From assembly GCA_964016885.1 (NCBI GenBank), contig OZ024741.1:239816001-239880000 (forward strand): 64,000 bases of DNA. Reading direction: 5' to 3'. Positions 11,010-24,105 of this stretch are shown piece by piece. Position 1 is the first letter of the stretch; the number at the start of each line of letters is the position of its first letter. The DNA is from Eledone cirrhosa (taxonomy: Eukaryota). The notes under the pieces were generated by a model that searched no databases, was not told the origin of the DNA, and saw only the letters and a program-made list of their open reading frames with translations. The translations under genes and the position numbers were made by a program.

Positions 11010-13412
11010 TCAATGTCGTGTATTCATAAATTCATTAATATTTACCTGTGCTGATTTAAGAAGATTTCTTGTTATAATTGGTGCTTTGTATTTGTTTTGA
11101 GGTAAGTTTTCAGGATAGAGTTGGTGTTTTGTTCGTTTTGGAAGAACATTTCTGCTGATTATATTTTCAGAGTTCATTAATCCAATTGGATTGTTTGTTT
11201 GAATAAGGAGTTGTCTCATTTCAGAGTTATATGGAGGTTTCTTCCCTGTTCTCACAGTAGTACTTCCATGTTTAACACACCTAACAATACACAGCGTAAT
11301 AGAAACAACAATAACAACAAATACTATTACAGCTGCTGCAACAATGATAATCAACAGTGTAACATCAATCAAACTATCTGATTGCAATTGAACTGCTGTC
11401 AACATTGGAGATGTCTTATTGCTAACAGTTAGTGTCAGGGAAACTGTAGTTGTTGCTGACTGAATTGGTGAACCACTGTCTTTGACAAGAAATACCAAGT
11501 CATATGTTCCTGCATCATCTAGGTAGACTTTACGAGAAAAAAACACCACACCAGAATGAGGTTTTATTGCAAACAAGTTTTTGTCATTACCTTTAAAAAA
11601 TCCATATGTTAGGAAAGCATTGTTTCCACTGTCTCTGTCAGAAGCTCTTAGAACAGTGATATCTTTTTTACTTTGTGGATAGTAATGAATATCTAGATTG
11701 TAAGGATCAACACTAGGAAAGGTGAAATACGGAGCATTATCATTTTGATCTAAAATCTCAACAACAACATTAGCTGTGTCATTCAGAGATGGACTTCCAT
11801 TATCTTTGACAAAAACCTCAAACTTATACACATCTTGTTTTTCTCGGTCCAATGACATGGTGGTTGAAATAAAGCCATAACTGGTGATTGTAAAAGGAAG
11901 TGAAGGTTTATTCTTATTTGATAAAAAATAAGTCAATTGACCACCTTGTCCTAAATCAAGGTCAGTGGCATTGACAAAACCAATTGGAAAGTCTTTATCT
12001 TTGTTTTCATAAGTAAGAAACTGGAAGGTATCCTTGGTAAATTTTGGCTGTACATCATTAATGTCAATCACTTGGATGGATAAATTTTCTGTTGATATAA
12101 GAGGGGGTAAGCCTTTATCCTGACAGGAGAGAGTGATTTTATAATGGTCTTGTGTCTCCCTGTCAACTGATTTTTCAAGAACTATGTTGTATTCCTTAGA
12201 TCCCATTGACCGTAGTTTAAATTTGTCATGTTTAATATCACAACTGACCTGCCCGTTAAGTCCAACATCATTGTCAGTGACCATCACATAAGCAATGAAA
12301 CTACCAACTTTGATATCTTCAGAAATGGTTGCTGTATTGTCATTTTGAGAAGAAATAAAGTTGACATCAATAGTTGGAGGGTTATTGTGTTGGTTGATAA
12401 TATTCACCATAACAGTTGCTATGGAACTGAGAGGTGGATTGCCTCCATCTCTAGCTTCAACAAATAACTCTGAAAGTGTTATTCCATCCAACTGAGAATT
12501 ATAAACCATAAATATCTCTCCAGTCTCTTTATTTAATTGAAAGTATTTTTTTGAAATTTCAGGTGTTTTGGGACTGAAATAGTAAGAAATTTTGCCATTT
12601 TCACCTAAATCTAAATCAGTTGCAGATAATACAACAACTGGTTTTGTTTTTTCATAAGTTGATTTTAGAGAAATGTTGTATAGGGGTTTAGAAAACACAG
12701 GCTGATTATCATTCTCATCTTCAACAGAAATGACAACATTTAATACACTCTGTTTTGGCGGTGTTCCACCGTCTTTTGCAATAACATTAAGTGTAAATGA
12801 ATCTTGGATTTCTCTGTTTAGTGGTTTCTCTAGAATAATCCGTAAAGAAGATATACCATCTGCTCTTTTGAAAACAGATAATGAAAAAGGTTCGTCTTCT
12901 TTCTTCTTCAGTTTATATTCAATAAGTGAGTTTTGAAAACCAAGATCTCTGTCTATAGCATTTGGAAGAGATTTTACAGTCCCTTGAATATCTGTTTCTG
13001 AAAATTTAATATTGACTTGTTTAAGAGGAAATTTAGGCTGGTGATCATTGATATCTTCTATTATAACTTTGATCTTTAAAATTTTTGTGAAACTTTTTGT
13101 TTTTCGAACTGCAACTTTGACTATCCTAAAACATTCCTTGTTATATGTACACAATGACTCAGCATCAAGTGTTTGAGCTGTGTAAAGCTTTCCTGGTTTT
13201 GTAACATTGAAAAGTTGTGTTAGCTTTTCTTTCAACTGACTGAATGTTATCAGATTTTGTTCTGATGATTTGATAGTGTCCAAAAAGGTTGAGTCAGCAG
13301 CAATATCTGCAATATATGTTCCTGGAATTTTCTCTTCCTCCACTCGGTAGGTGAGATCTATAGTTAGACAGCCATGAACGAGTGACAGTACTATACATAT
13401 TGATGGTAACAT
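11010..13412 (-). CDS. Protocadherin (coleoid cephalopod type), large exon encoding ectodomain, TM and proximal cytoplasmic tail; probably spliced at 11046 to downstream exon(s)
   Basis: 800-aa ORF: signal peptide (MLPSICIVLSLVHGCLT); six cadherin repeats with linkers DINDHQP, DENDNQP, NQHNNPP, DINDVQP, DQNDNAP; motifs LNRE/VDRE/LDRE, AxDxD, DGGxPP; EC1 CxxxxxC (LCTYNKEC); TM helix LLIIIVAAAVIVFVVIVVSITLCIV; short basic tail. Confidence 0.95.
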   Translation of the reverse strand: MLPSICIVLSLVHGCLTIDLTYRVEEEKIPGTYIADIAADSTFLDTIKSSEQNLITFSQLKEKLTQLFNVTKPGKLYTAQTLDAESLCTYNKECFRIVKVAVRKTKSFTKILKIKVIIEDINDHQPKFPLKQVNIKFSETDIQGTVKSLPNAIDRDLGFQNSLIEYKLKKKEDEPFSLSVFKRADGISSLRIILEKPLNREIQDSFTLNVIAKDGGTPPKQSVLNVVISVEDENDNQPVFSKPLYNISLKSTYEKTKPVVVLSATDLDLGENGKISYYFSPKTPEISKKYFQLNKETGEIFMVYNSQLDGITLSELFVEARDGGNPPLSSIATVMVNIINQHNNPPTIDVNFISSQNDNTATISEDIKVGSFIAYVMVTDNDVGLNGQVSCDIKHDKFKLRSMGSKEYNIVLEKSVDRETQDHYKITLSCQDKGLPPLISTENLSIQVIDINDVQPKFTKDTFQFLTYENKDKDFPIGFVNATDLDLGQGGQLTYFLSNKNKPSLPFTITSYGFISTTMSLDREKQDVYKFEVFVKDNGSPSLNDTANVVVEILDQNDNAPYFTFPSVDPYNLDIHYYPQSKKDITVLRASDRDSGNNAFLTYGFFKGNDKNLFAIKPHSGVVFFSRKVYLDDAGTYDLVFLVKDSGSPIQSATTTVSLTLTVSNKTSPMLTAVQLQSDSLIDVTLLIIIVAAAVIVFVVIVVSITLCIVRCVKHGSTTVRTGKKPPYNSEMRQLLIQTNNPIGLMNSENIISRNVLPKRTKHQLYPENLPQNKYKAPIITRNLLKSAQVNINEFMNTRH
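11040..11048 (-). promoter_or_regulatory. Splice donor in the protocadherin cytoplasmic region
   Basis: Minus strand CAG|GTAAAT after ...LLKSAQ (phase 0). The ORF then runs only 11 codons of AT-rich sequence to a stop. Confidence 0.65.
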
Positions 13413-13468
13413 ATTTCTGCTTAGTACTGCCGTTGGTTAAAGATATTAGGTTTGGGCTGAAATAATTT

Positions 13469-13495
13469 CTACAACAGAAAGCAAAGAGCAACAAT
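13469..13495 (-). promoter_or_regulatory. Splice acceptor (polypyrimidine tract + AG) 56 nt upstream of the protocadherin ATG
   Basis: Minus strand reads ttgctctttgctttctgttgtAG|aaatt, with AG at 13470-13469. Confidence 0.65.
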
Positions 13496-13799
13496 ATCAA
13501 AATATATTTAAGTCAATTTTGATTGTAATTTATATTTAATAACATTGATAAACTCCTTCGATAAATTACTTAAAATTATAAAAAAGTAGTTGATATTTTC
13601 ATCAGTAATTTTTTTTGTATGATAAAGATAATTAGTGTATTTTTTAAAAAATCAGCTCAGCTTTATAGTGCAAGAATTACAGGAGCTAGTACAGTAGTGT
13701 GCCAGCTTTAGCATTTGTTAATCAAAAGAAGGGAGGTAGGTGAAAAAGCTAAACTCACTATCTCAATTCAGTATTCATGCCAATTCATGAATATTTGGT

Positions 13800-14235
13800 A
13801 ATGATCGAAAGAATATGATTGCGAATACAAGTGACCAAAAATGGGGTTCCTCCAAAGGGTTTTTGGAGTGATGTTACTCAATAGAATTCATAGCTCAGAG
13901 AGTCATTCCAGGTAGAGCCATTACTTCTCTGAATTGAGAAATCACAGCTCTGATACTATGGGCATGTGGTTAGAATGTCTCAGGAAAGAATCATTGGACA
14001 GATTTTATGGGCAAATCCTATCAGCAGGAGACCCAGGAAGAGGACTCCAAGCAAACCTATGAATTTGACTGGTCTTGCTTGAGGATCCAGCCAGATTGGT
14101 TGGGTCGGTTGATTCTGACAGGACCTGTTGGAAGGAGTGTTTGAGGACTCTGCCCATAATCCTTTCAGGAATAAGTGAGCAAAGAAGAAGAAGGAGGAGG
14201 AGGAGGAGGAGGAGAAGAAGAAGAAAAAGAAGAAG
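13800..14235 (+). mobile_element. Degraded RTE-like LINE 3' remnant of a different family
   Basis: YYGHVVRMSQERI motif at about 13955-13992; purine triplet tail. Confidence 0.55.
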
Positions 14236-15245
14236 CTACTGCTGCTGCTGCTTTATGGTCTATTATTAATATTTTATGGATGAGATAGCAAACTTTGTAG
14301 AGAGAGAAATACATTTTTGGCATACGGAAATTGTGATAATTCCCAGTTCAAATATCCTGTATACTAATGTAAAGACGCACACTCATATTATATATAACAT
14401 TTACGATATACCAAATATTTTGAATTGAGGTTTTGTAGGTCTGGTATATAAGTCACATGATGTTTTTCATGTCATATTTTCTTGGAAAAAGATGCAACTT
14501 AAACACAAGTAAATTCACTTCCCTAATGCTTTTCTAGAAGTTTAATTGCTATAATTCATTTATCTCTTTTTCTTTTGCTCAGTCATAAAGTAACTAATAT
14601 ATACACAAGTGAAAAGTGAAATTACATTATCATTCTAAACAAATTTAATTTTCTATTATAATTAAAAAATATTTATAAGTTTCCCTCATAACTACTTCTA
14701 AAGAGATAGACATTTATCCTGATTGAAACGTTAACAGGTAAAAAGTTCACTTGTAAAGGTAGATTTAGATTATTAAAGCACATGTTGCAAACCTCATTGG
14801 CAAATTAATAGCCAATAATATGGCAGTAACAGTATATCTAAAGTTTAAAGTCTGACAATAGGAAATAATCAACATAAAAGATTTAAACTTTTTAAATGTT
14901 TTTTCCGCTTTAAGAAGATATGAAGTGACAAAGGTAGAATATATTTCATTAAAAAAATTCACATATTTTTCAAAATATAAATACAGTATTCATAATTATT
15001 GTTATTTTTACAACACAAAATGTCTTGGAAACTATAAATTGTCATATTTTTAGTAATTAGTATAATTCATTAAACTAAGGACAATATCTTTAATGCACAA
15101 GGCCATAAAATTTGGAAGAGAGTCAGTAGTGATGCTGGTGGGGAATGATGTAGCAATCTTCTCTGAGTGACACTTTTGCTCTACTGCATTAACTTTTTTG
15201 TGAGTGGGTGGGGTTCAAACTTGAGGACCGCTCAAGGTGGTATAA

Positions 15246-15500
15246 ATAATTGTTTCTACATTTGGCACAAGGCCAGCAATTACCCAGTATATTACTGGTA
15301 CTTTATTTTATCAACCCCGTAAGGATGAAAGGCAAAGTTAACCTCGGCGGGATTTGAACTCAGAATGTAAAGGGACGTAACTATGCTAGAAAACATGGCG
15401 AATGAAAAGTAAAGTTAAGCCTGGTGGGATTTGAACTCAGAGCAAAAAAGAACATAACTAAACATTGTATGGTATTTTGCCTAATTCTCTATCAACTCCA
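15246..15500 (-). mobile_element. SINE family A plus an adjacent fragment
   Basis: Reverse complement of the core: ggatgaaaggcaaagttaacctcggcgggatttgaactcag. Confidence 0.8.
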
Positions 15501-16809
15501 CTGTATACTTAAATTAGTGATAGAAATAATCTTTTTTTAATAAAACATGTTTTGTTTCATTGGGAAACCTTGCAATGTTGAAAATACTTGTTTTTTTTGA
15601 AAACCATTTTTGATAGGAAGAACATCAAGATGTAAATGCTAAATTACAATCTCATAAATACAGCATCATTGATTAATATCCATGAAAGGATTCTTATAAC
15701 TTAGACTCTTCATTTAAGTTATGCTTGAATTGTAAAATGTATGTTATTATTTCTGCCAAATTCTCCAGCAAGTTATTTCATGGGAAAATCTAATTTTCAA
15801 GGTCTGTTTAAATTTTATGAAAGCATTTATTATTTATAGGAATTTTTAAACATTAATATCTTCTCATAATCTTAATGTTTGATTGTCTGTACTATACCTA
15901 TTTATTATTTTATCAGCAGAGCAACTAAAGAAAAGAATTATTCAGAGGATGGCGAAAAAACATTAAATATTCACCTATCAAACAAAACACATTTTAATCT
16001 TATGCAACTGAAGGATATTTTTCTTTCTAGTAATTTGTTAAATTTAAGAATTTTCATTCATTTAAATAGTGGACCTGAGAGCTGATATGGAAAAGCAGCA
16101 GGTTCTAAATTTGACAAAGAAGACACTTTTATCAGGGCTAATATTATAATAAAAAGACCTGCCATGCCTGTTAGTGATAGGAAGTTAATTTAAATATGAA
16201 AATATTCTGTATTCAGGACTCATTCAACAAGAAAGCAGATATTTAATTGATGACTTTCAAAAATCAGAATATATCATTGATCTTTTAATTTCTGATTTAC
16301 TTCTGCAAGAAATCATGAAAAACATTTTTATTTCTCTGATTAATGATGACTGGATCTAAGTTTGTATATTTAACTCAGATGTAACTTCAGCAACTATACT
16401 GGTTTTAGGCTTACATGCTGACCAAATTCAGGCTGGTGAGGGTGCAGAATTTGTACATTATTTGAATTGAAATCATACCAAGGTAAATTTTGCAGTCCAT
16501 TCATTTGGTAGGTTGGGGCAGAGATAATAAAATAAATATATGAGATCCTTTTATTGACAGTGCTCCCACCAAATTTGTGCCTTTGATAAAAATCATTACT
16601 GATTTTTAAATTTAATTATTATTAGATGTTCATTTATGTCAGAAGCTTAGATCCTGTTGGGGCCATTTTGCTTTTCATTATTTCAGATTCAATAAAGCAA
16701 TTAACAGTTATGTACTTAGGTTTATATAATTATCTATTCCCCAAAAATGTATGGCCTTAAACCTGTGAGAAATTATTATCAAAATAAAATTCATCAAATA
16801 AAGAAATCA

Positions 16810-16980
16810 TGGTATTTGTTCCAGTTCTTTACATTCTGAGTTCAAATCCTGTCAAGGTTGACTTTGAATTTCATCCTTTTGAGGTCAGTAAAATAAAGTA
16901 CCAGTCAAGTAATGAGATAGATATTATCAACTGTTCCTTTCTTTCAAAACCTATGTCCTTGCATCTAAATTAGAAACTGT
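16810..16980 (+). mobile_element. SINE family A, diverged
   Basis: ctgagttcaaatcctg...tttcatcctttt...aaataaagtaccag. Confidence 0.7.
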
Positions 16981-18299
16981 TACTATTATTATTATCAATG
17001 TTTTCATTGGTGTTACTTTTCCTGTCCATGCAAGTCATGAATTATTTTTCTCCATAAATTGAAGAAAAAGTTGTTGATAATTTGCCCTTCTTCACACACA
17101 CACACACACACACAAAAAAAAACATAAACATGTAATGGAGAGAATGAAATATGATGAAAGAAGCAGGGTAGGGGTTGGCACAGAGCTTCCCCATTGCTAT
17201 TTTCTCTGACAAAGGCTTCCTCTTTTGACAGTCATCAACCCAAATATCACCATTACCACCACTACAATGAACCCTTGTTGAGGAGGAAAGGAAAGTTGTA
17301 AGCAACAATATCAAGAACAACAACAAAAACAAAAACATTAAGGGTGAGGAGAACATTATCAACTAAAAGAAAAACAGCAATTGTGAAGCAGCTAGCAACA
17401 ATGACAGCTGCAACAATAATAATGGTGACAACACCACCTCCACTATCACTAATATTTCAAGCAAGGTAATAAAAACAGTAGATTGCTGTGATCATGGTGA
17501 CTAGCAATGCCTTTTTTCTTAGTAATATCAGTTTGTCCACCAGTAACACTTCCATAAAAACCATCACCACCACCACTACCACCACCACCACCACTATCAC
17601 AACTACCTTCACCAATAAAAGGAACACTTCTTCCACTGCCTCTGCCTGCTACTACCACCACCACTACCACAACCACATTCATTCTGGCTGCTGGGACCAC
17701 CAACATCATTACCAGCAGCAGTATAAACAACAGCTATAGCAGGAGCACAGGGAAGAGATGCAAAAATAACCAAACCGGTTTCTCTGGAGGAGAAATGTAG
17801 AAACCCAAGTGAGGTGCAAAAGCTTGTCTAGAAAGACAAAAGAAAGGTAGCATTGGCTGTGCTTCCAGAGTTCTTATAATAAATGACTTAGGGAATGGTT
17901 GTTAAGGGTTGGCAAGTGGAATAAATCACACATGCCCAGGTAGGGAGGTGGCTGACAGGTATATGAAGCAATGTCAGCTTTATTGCTTGTGCTAGGTGCT
18001 ATGCAGGAGTGATGAATTGACCCTAAATCCTACATATATAGATAGGTGAGTGGTGAAGTGAAACATGTTAGACATGCTGCCAGAATTGATCATCTAAGGG
18101 CTTAGAAAGAGAGAGAGAGGGAACATAACCCTAAGTATAAAGAAACATTGCCAGAAAAACTAATCTGGGTTTGGAGAAGTCTTAAGCCAATTACAGCTCC
18201 CAAATATGGACAAGATTCTGAACCATACAGACCTCCCAAACAGCAATCAACTGCAGGTCATGGTGGAAGGTAGAAAGTCCAGGGGTCTCTGATATGGAG

Positions 18300-20500
18300 C
18301 ACTAAAATAGGTCACTTCAAGCTAAAATCTGCATGGTTCCACAGGGTGGCTGAAAGCCCATTGGTCAGTCAAGCCCTCTTACTCTATGAGCTCAGATCAC
18401 TAGATATAAATAGAGTAGCCACTAGCAAGACCAGACATTCCAAGACATATTTCTTTGTGTCCATCTTCAACAACCATGGAGACCACATATTTTGTGGTCA
18501 GTGTGGATCAGGTGACAAGGTAGCAGTTTTATTTAGGAAATATCTGGATCTCATATATATGGACAATCTTCTTGGATTCCAATGGTTAGTTGGTAGTGTT
18601 GGATGTGAGCACTAATAAAGTGTTATCAGACTAGCAGCCAGTATAGAGTGTTTGGATTTTGTCAGGCATCTGGACTGGAATGGCATTTTAGATGTTATTG
18701 AGTGGAGCCAGTCGATAGGAGAGTGCAGTGTAAAAGCCTTGTAAACCTATTTGAATAGTTTCAACTATCTGATAGGTACAGAGTGGATTTTTAAGTGTAA
18801 ACATGCAAATTATATCTAAATAGAGCATTTGTTAAACCAGCAGATAGAGATAGGGAAGGGTGCCCACAATTTAAACTGCTTTATCCCACTGACCCCAAAT
18901 TTGTGATCTGTACTCATGGAATGCATAGACAAGGCCCTGCTTTCTAGAAGTTGTTCCCATCACGCAAAACTTCCAGTACTTAGACTAGTATTAGTAGGCA
19001 GTCGTTGATGGGGGCTTTTGTCAACAAATGATAAGTATTCTGAAGAGTGCCATTAAAGTATAATTAATAGGATTTAGCAAAGAAGTAGCTAAAGAGAAAA
19101 ACAATATAGAGAGCTAGTGAGAAACTGAGAAGAGGCAATTAGAAACATTATTACTGACATGCTAGCAATAAGAATGACCATCAACCATTTCTTCAATTTG
19201 AAACCCAAAGGTTGTGTTGTCAAAACTATGGGGCTCTATGATGTCAAAGAATGAAAGCCATTTGATGGGCCTAGGTGGCTGAGGTATGACATGGGAACAA
19301 AGCCATAATTCAGTCTTGGGATGTTACTTGATTCAAAGCAGGTGCATGTGAATTTCCAGCAATAATTTGTTCAACTGTTTGGAGAAAGTGGTAGACCATA
19401 GAGAACTCTAGTGACTACCTTGACAGTCTACTTCAGTTGCTGGCAGAGGATATGGGGTACTGCAAAGAACTGATAACAGTAGATAGGATACTATTGGTGT
19501 AAGTAGTTAGGTGGGGAACAAATAATCTTTTTTGGATGAGCTGACCTATTAGCTTTATGTATACATGCCAGACTTGTTTGCCAATGTAATGGCAGATGTC
19601 TACTGGAATTGATAGCAAAATGGAAAGTATCTTAGTTCTATGAGCCAGTTAGTGGCAGCACTGCTTAATTGTCATATGGAGAGTAGTTGAGAAAACACTG
19701 GTCTTTGTGATTCCAAAAAGATACATTGTCGAAAGGGGGGATAAATTATCTGGGTTTGATAGAGCTCTGAAAATTTTCAATAAATTGAAAGCTTTTAATG
19801 GGTCAATCATCAATACTTCATGCAAAGCAGACAGCTTTGGTCTCATTTTCAGACAGTCTTGCTTCCATGTTCAGCATCATCTACTCAGGGCGCCATCTAG
19901 TTTGACTACTATCAGGACTATTTCCTATTACAAGAGTCATTTCTCCTATCTGTGTTGATTCTCAAGACTCTACTATGTTGGCACAATTGTAAAGGAATAT
20001 ATGATGGTGACAAGCAAAGATTAATCTAGATTAGTTAATAGGCTTGCAACTCAGCACCTAGAGAAGCAAGTCTATACCACCAGTAAGTGTTGTGGGGTGC
20101 TTGACTGTTATATTGCTTGGGCTCTGGTTTGGTCTGGAACCTTTGGTGGATAGGAATAGAATGATGTTACGAAGAGATTGACCAGTCGCATGCAGAAAAT
20201 GCAGAGAAGTAGCTAGCCTTTAAAAGTTGAACATGTGTGTTCCCTTACCTGACTAGATCGGAATGCCTACATTTTTGTTTCTTGTGGAACAAATACATTC
20301 TACTGGTTAGATGGTCTGACTGCTGCTAATGCTCTCTACGTAGAGGGTTCAGTATGCTGTTGCTGAGAATGAGCAGAAGGAGTGTCAGCTGCAAAGATCC
20401 TTGGATAATGGGTATGTGTAATTGCTCTTTGACAGACATATCTTTCTACAAATTTTCTCTTTGACAGAACTGCAGATGGGTCAAACAAAGTCCAAAAATG
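18300..20500 (+). mobile_element. Heavily degraded Tx1/L1-clade LINE ORF2, related to 32058-37504
   Basis: LRSLDINRVAT..VAVLFRKYLDL parallels LRSHSMDVVAI..VTVLLRKHLGL; RYIVERGDKLSGFDRAL..KAF parallels RYIIERVGCKPGFGGAL..KAF; GLWFG motif near 20120. Confidence 0.7.
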
Positions 20501-20844
20501 GGAACATGGTATATGAAATGGTTTTTAAGCATTCGTGTTCTACCAATGAGGCAATAGGGTCAGTGGAATTATGGATTCTGTAGTGAGATACAGCAATGAT
20601 GTTCTCAAAGATACCATGGTTGTTGATAAATCAACACTAGGACTAATACCCAAATCATCAGACCTGCACCTTAGCATCCTGTCCTGGAAGATCAGCAAAT
20701 ATGAGCTACAGAAGATCAAGCTATTCTCAGATGAGTTCTCTCTCTACAATGAAAACCTCTATTGCCCTAGGTTGAAGGCCTGAACCTGGCAATAGAGACA
20801 CAGAACAGATCTAAACGAAATATAATAATAATAATGATAATAGT

Positions 20845-21273
20845 AGATTCACAGAATCATTAGTGCTCTAGATGAAATGCATTGCAATATTTTGTTATGA
20901 TCCTCTACATTCTGGTTTCAAATCTCGCCGAGGTCAACCTTGTCTTTTATCCTTATGTGGTCAATAAAATAAAGCACCGTTATTGCACTAGGGTCAATTT
21001 AATCAACTTTCCCCTTCCCTTCAAATTGCTGGCCTTGTACCAAATGTAGAAACAATTATATTACACCTATACTAGGGCAGTAGATTGGCAGTATCGGCAA
21101 AGTGGTAGACAACATGTTAAGCAGCATATAGTTACAGCCCATTACGTTTTGAATTCAAGTCCTGCTGAGGATGGCTTTGCCTTTCATCAGTATGGGGGTC
21201 AGTAAAATAAAGTACCAGTAATCGACTTTCCCTTTCCCTCTAACTTGCTAGTCTTGTGCCAAATGTAGAAACT
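20845..21273 (+). mobile_element. Two head-to-tail SINE family A copies; the second has a 19-bp TSD
   Basis: TSD attatattaca(c/g)ctatact at 21055-21073/21274-21292. Confidence 0.8.
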
Positions 21274-22798
21274 ATTATATTACAGCTATACTGAATTCTC
21301 ATGTTAAACTAATCATTATTTTCACTTTGGATCTGGCCGATGGAAAAAAAAATACTGGAAGTAACATTGAAATCCCCCACCCTGACAAATGATTAACCTC
21401 CAGCAGAACTTCATGTTATTGTTATGTAAATTACATTTAAACAAAACATTGATATTGATATAAAGAGTTTATGAAAGAGGGTACAGATGTGAGCACCTAA
21501 TGAAATTGAACCCACGTCTTAATTTATCCATATTATTACCATTATACTATATACTGCGTATAAATGAAATTATGTATTCGCTGTTCAATCTGAAGTTAAC
21601 TATCAATGAATTGAATTTATTTATTCTTATTTTATTTGAAAATGTTACACACACACACACACATGCACATTCACACACAAATGCATGCATAAATACATAT
21701 GGACATACATACATTCACAAATATGTACATACAGACACACATACATACATACATGTATACATATACAAGCACACACATACACAAACATTTCTTGATGCAT
21801 AGTATACCAAATTTCTTTTTAACTATCACGTATCACTTGGTTTGAAATCTGTAGTTGTAAACTAATCAAGCAGCACTAATATATAACCTACTACTCCAAT
21901 ATTATGCAACTATTCTTATTATTATTTAATACTTTGAGAAAAATATGTAAAGATTCTAAGAAAAATTCAGAAATTTGAAGAATTAACAGTGACCAAATGT
22001 TGAACCCCACTGTTGTCTGCCATATTCTTCACAAAGGGTTTACTAAGTTATAATCTAATTATTATTCTTTTTCTTTTTTTTAAATGTTAGTTCTTAACAG
22101 CAAATAAGATAACCAAATATCTATGCACAATATCAATTTAAACAACTTGTTACATGGTAATTCTGTAAACATATTTTTGGAGATGCAATTCTATAGGCAT
22201 TCCACTCCTTTGCAATCTGTAGTTCTTTATTCCTTAGAATTTATCATAAAAACTAGCTGTATCTATATATTCCAAAACAATTGCATTGAAAATTGCCACA
22301 ACATAATATCTTATAGAATGGTTTCCAGTAGTAGTAATAGTATTACTCATAAGTATAAGATTTAATAGAGTTTATGAATTTTATATAAACCAAATTTCAC
22401 TTTTTTCAACTACAATATCAAATTGAATGAATTATATTGTAAAAAATGAATATGCCAATGAATATTTGAAACATATTGGTTGACCAATTGCATTAAGACA
22501 AATGAGATAATATGATAGAGAAAAAATGCACAAGAAATGTTAGAAATAAAGAAAAGCAATAAATACCGCTATTATTATTATATCCATTGTTGATTCAATT
22601 GTAACTGTAGGAATGTTGTATCATGATAAAAGAGATCCAGTGTAACTGCTGCTGCTGTAGTAGTGTGACAATGAATTTATGTTGATGGACTGGGAAATAC
22701 AAGTTAAGCAGCCAACCTGCTGCTATGTTAATGTTTCAGCTACCACTCACTTTCTTTAGACTTCTTCCCCTCATTCTGTTTTGATTTTCTTTTAGCTA

Positions 22799-22842
<44 letters not shown>

Positions 22843-22846
22843 TCTC

Positions 22847-22879
<33 letters not shown>

Positions 22880-23954
22880 GTGAGACATTAATAATGCAGT
22901 TATGTTATAGGGTATTTATAATTATAGTCGTTGTAATGTTTGTGTAGCGATATATATAATATATATATATATGAATTAGATTTACTATGCATAAGCACTT
23001 ACTATTATATCATCCCCCTACCTCTACTTACTTAATTAACACTCTTAGAAAAACTCACAAGCACGTGAAATCAAATGTCATACATCTGGGTCTTTAGATA
23101 TGTTTGCTTCATTAATTTTTATTGAAATGACTCATTTAAACCCCATTGTTAAACATTTTTTAGAATAATATGTAATATCAACCAATTAATTGATTAATTA
23201 AATGCAATTATCTAAATATTCTATGTCCATATATAATCAAAATATTATTTTTCATCTTGGCCCCTTGAGAAATTGCTTTCATATAATTATCCCAGAAATT
23301 ACCATTTCTCTCCTAAAACTGCCATCTGGAACAGTTAGCTCTCATATGTGCTTCCTCCATTTTATGATAGGTTGCGTTTTAAGCAACAGTCTCAAAGCTT
23401 GCATCTACCACTTAGCTCCTTAGTTCACATATCAACATTATGTAGTGTATTCTTTATGGAGCCACTATACATAAAAGTACAATGCTAATCAAGTAAAAGT
23501 TTTTCGTAATTCATGATTTTCCAAATTATAATTTTCATTACTTTGTAATGGGAAAATTTTGTGTCTTTCTTATTTATTCACTTGTTAATTTCACCATCAA
23601 TTATTTTTCATTTTCAATTTGAATTTTAGTTTTGATGAGATTATTAAACATGTTAGCAATATTGTGGTACATATTTCATTAGCAGAAGATAGAATTTGCT
23701 CTTGATGCAAACAATAGTGAGCAAGACTGGTTGTTTTATGGTCTCTATTTTACTTTCCAACTCCCTCATATGTTTAAACTCTGTAAACTTCATCTTTAAT
23801 GGTATGGTAACTCCTGAGGGAGTGACATATGGCATTTCTTGATCATTTTAAGCCTGGCTAAGCCCATCACTCTCCAGGTCTGAACATAGCAGATTTCTTC
23901 CAGAGAAGAATAAAAAGTGAGAGAGAGGAAGTAAGAAAGAGATATAGAGGAAGA

Positions 23955-24105
23955 ATTGACCCCAGAACTAGACTGGTACTTTTTTTTTTTTATTCATCTC
24001 GAAAGGAAGAAAAGTAAAGTTGACCTCAGTGGGATTTGAACTCAGAACTGGAATGAATACTGCAAGGTATTCTATCTGACAATTCTAATGCCAATTCGCC
24101 ACCCT
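23955..24105 (-). mobile_element. SINE family A, diverged
   Basis: gggatttgaactcagaa...gccaattcgccaccc. Confidence 0.7.

Noticed and set aside
17042-17739. Poly-Thr/His/Val ORFs as a host exon
   Set aside because: Low-complexity (ACC/AAC)n sequence just upstream of a decayed Tx1 ORF2; more likely an ORF1 remnant.
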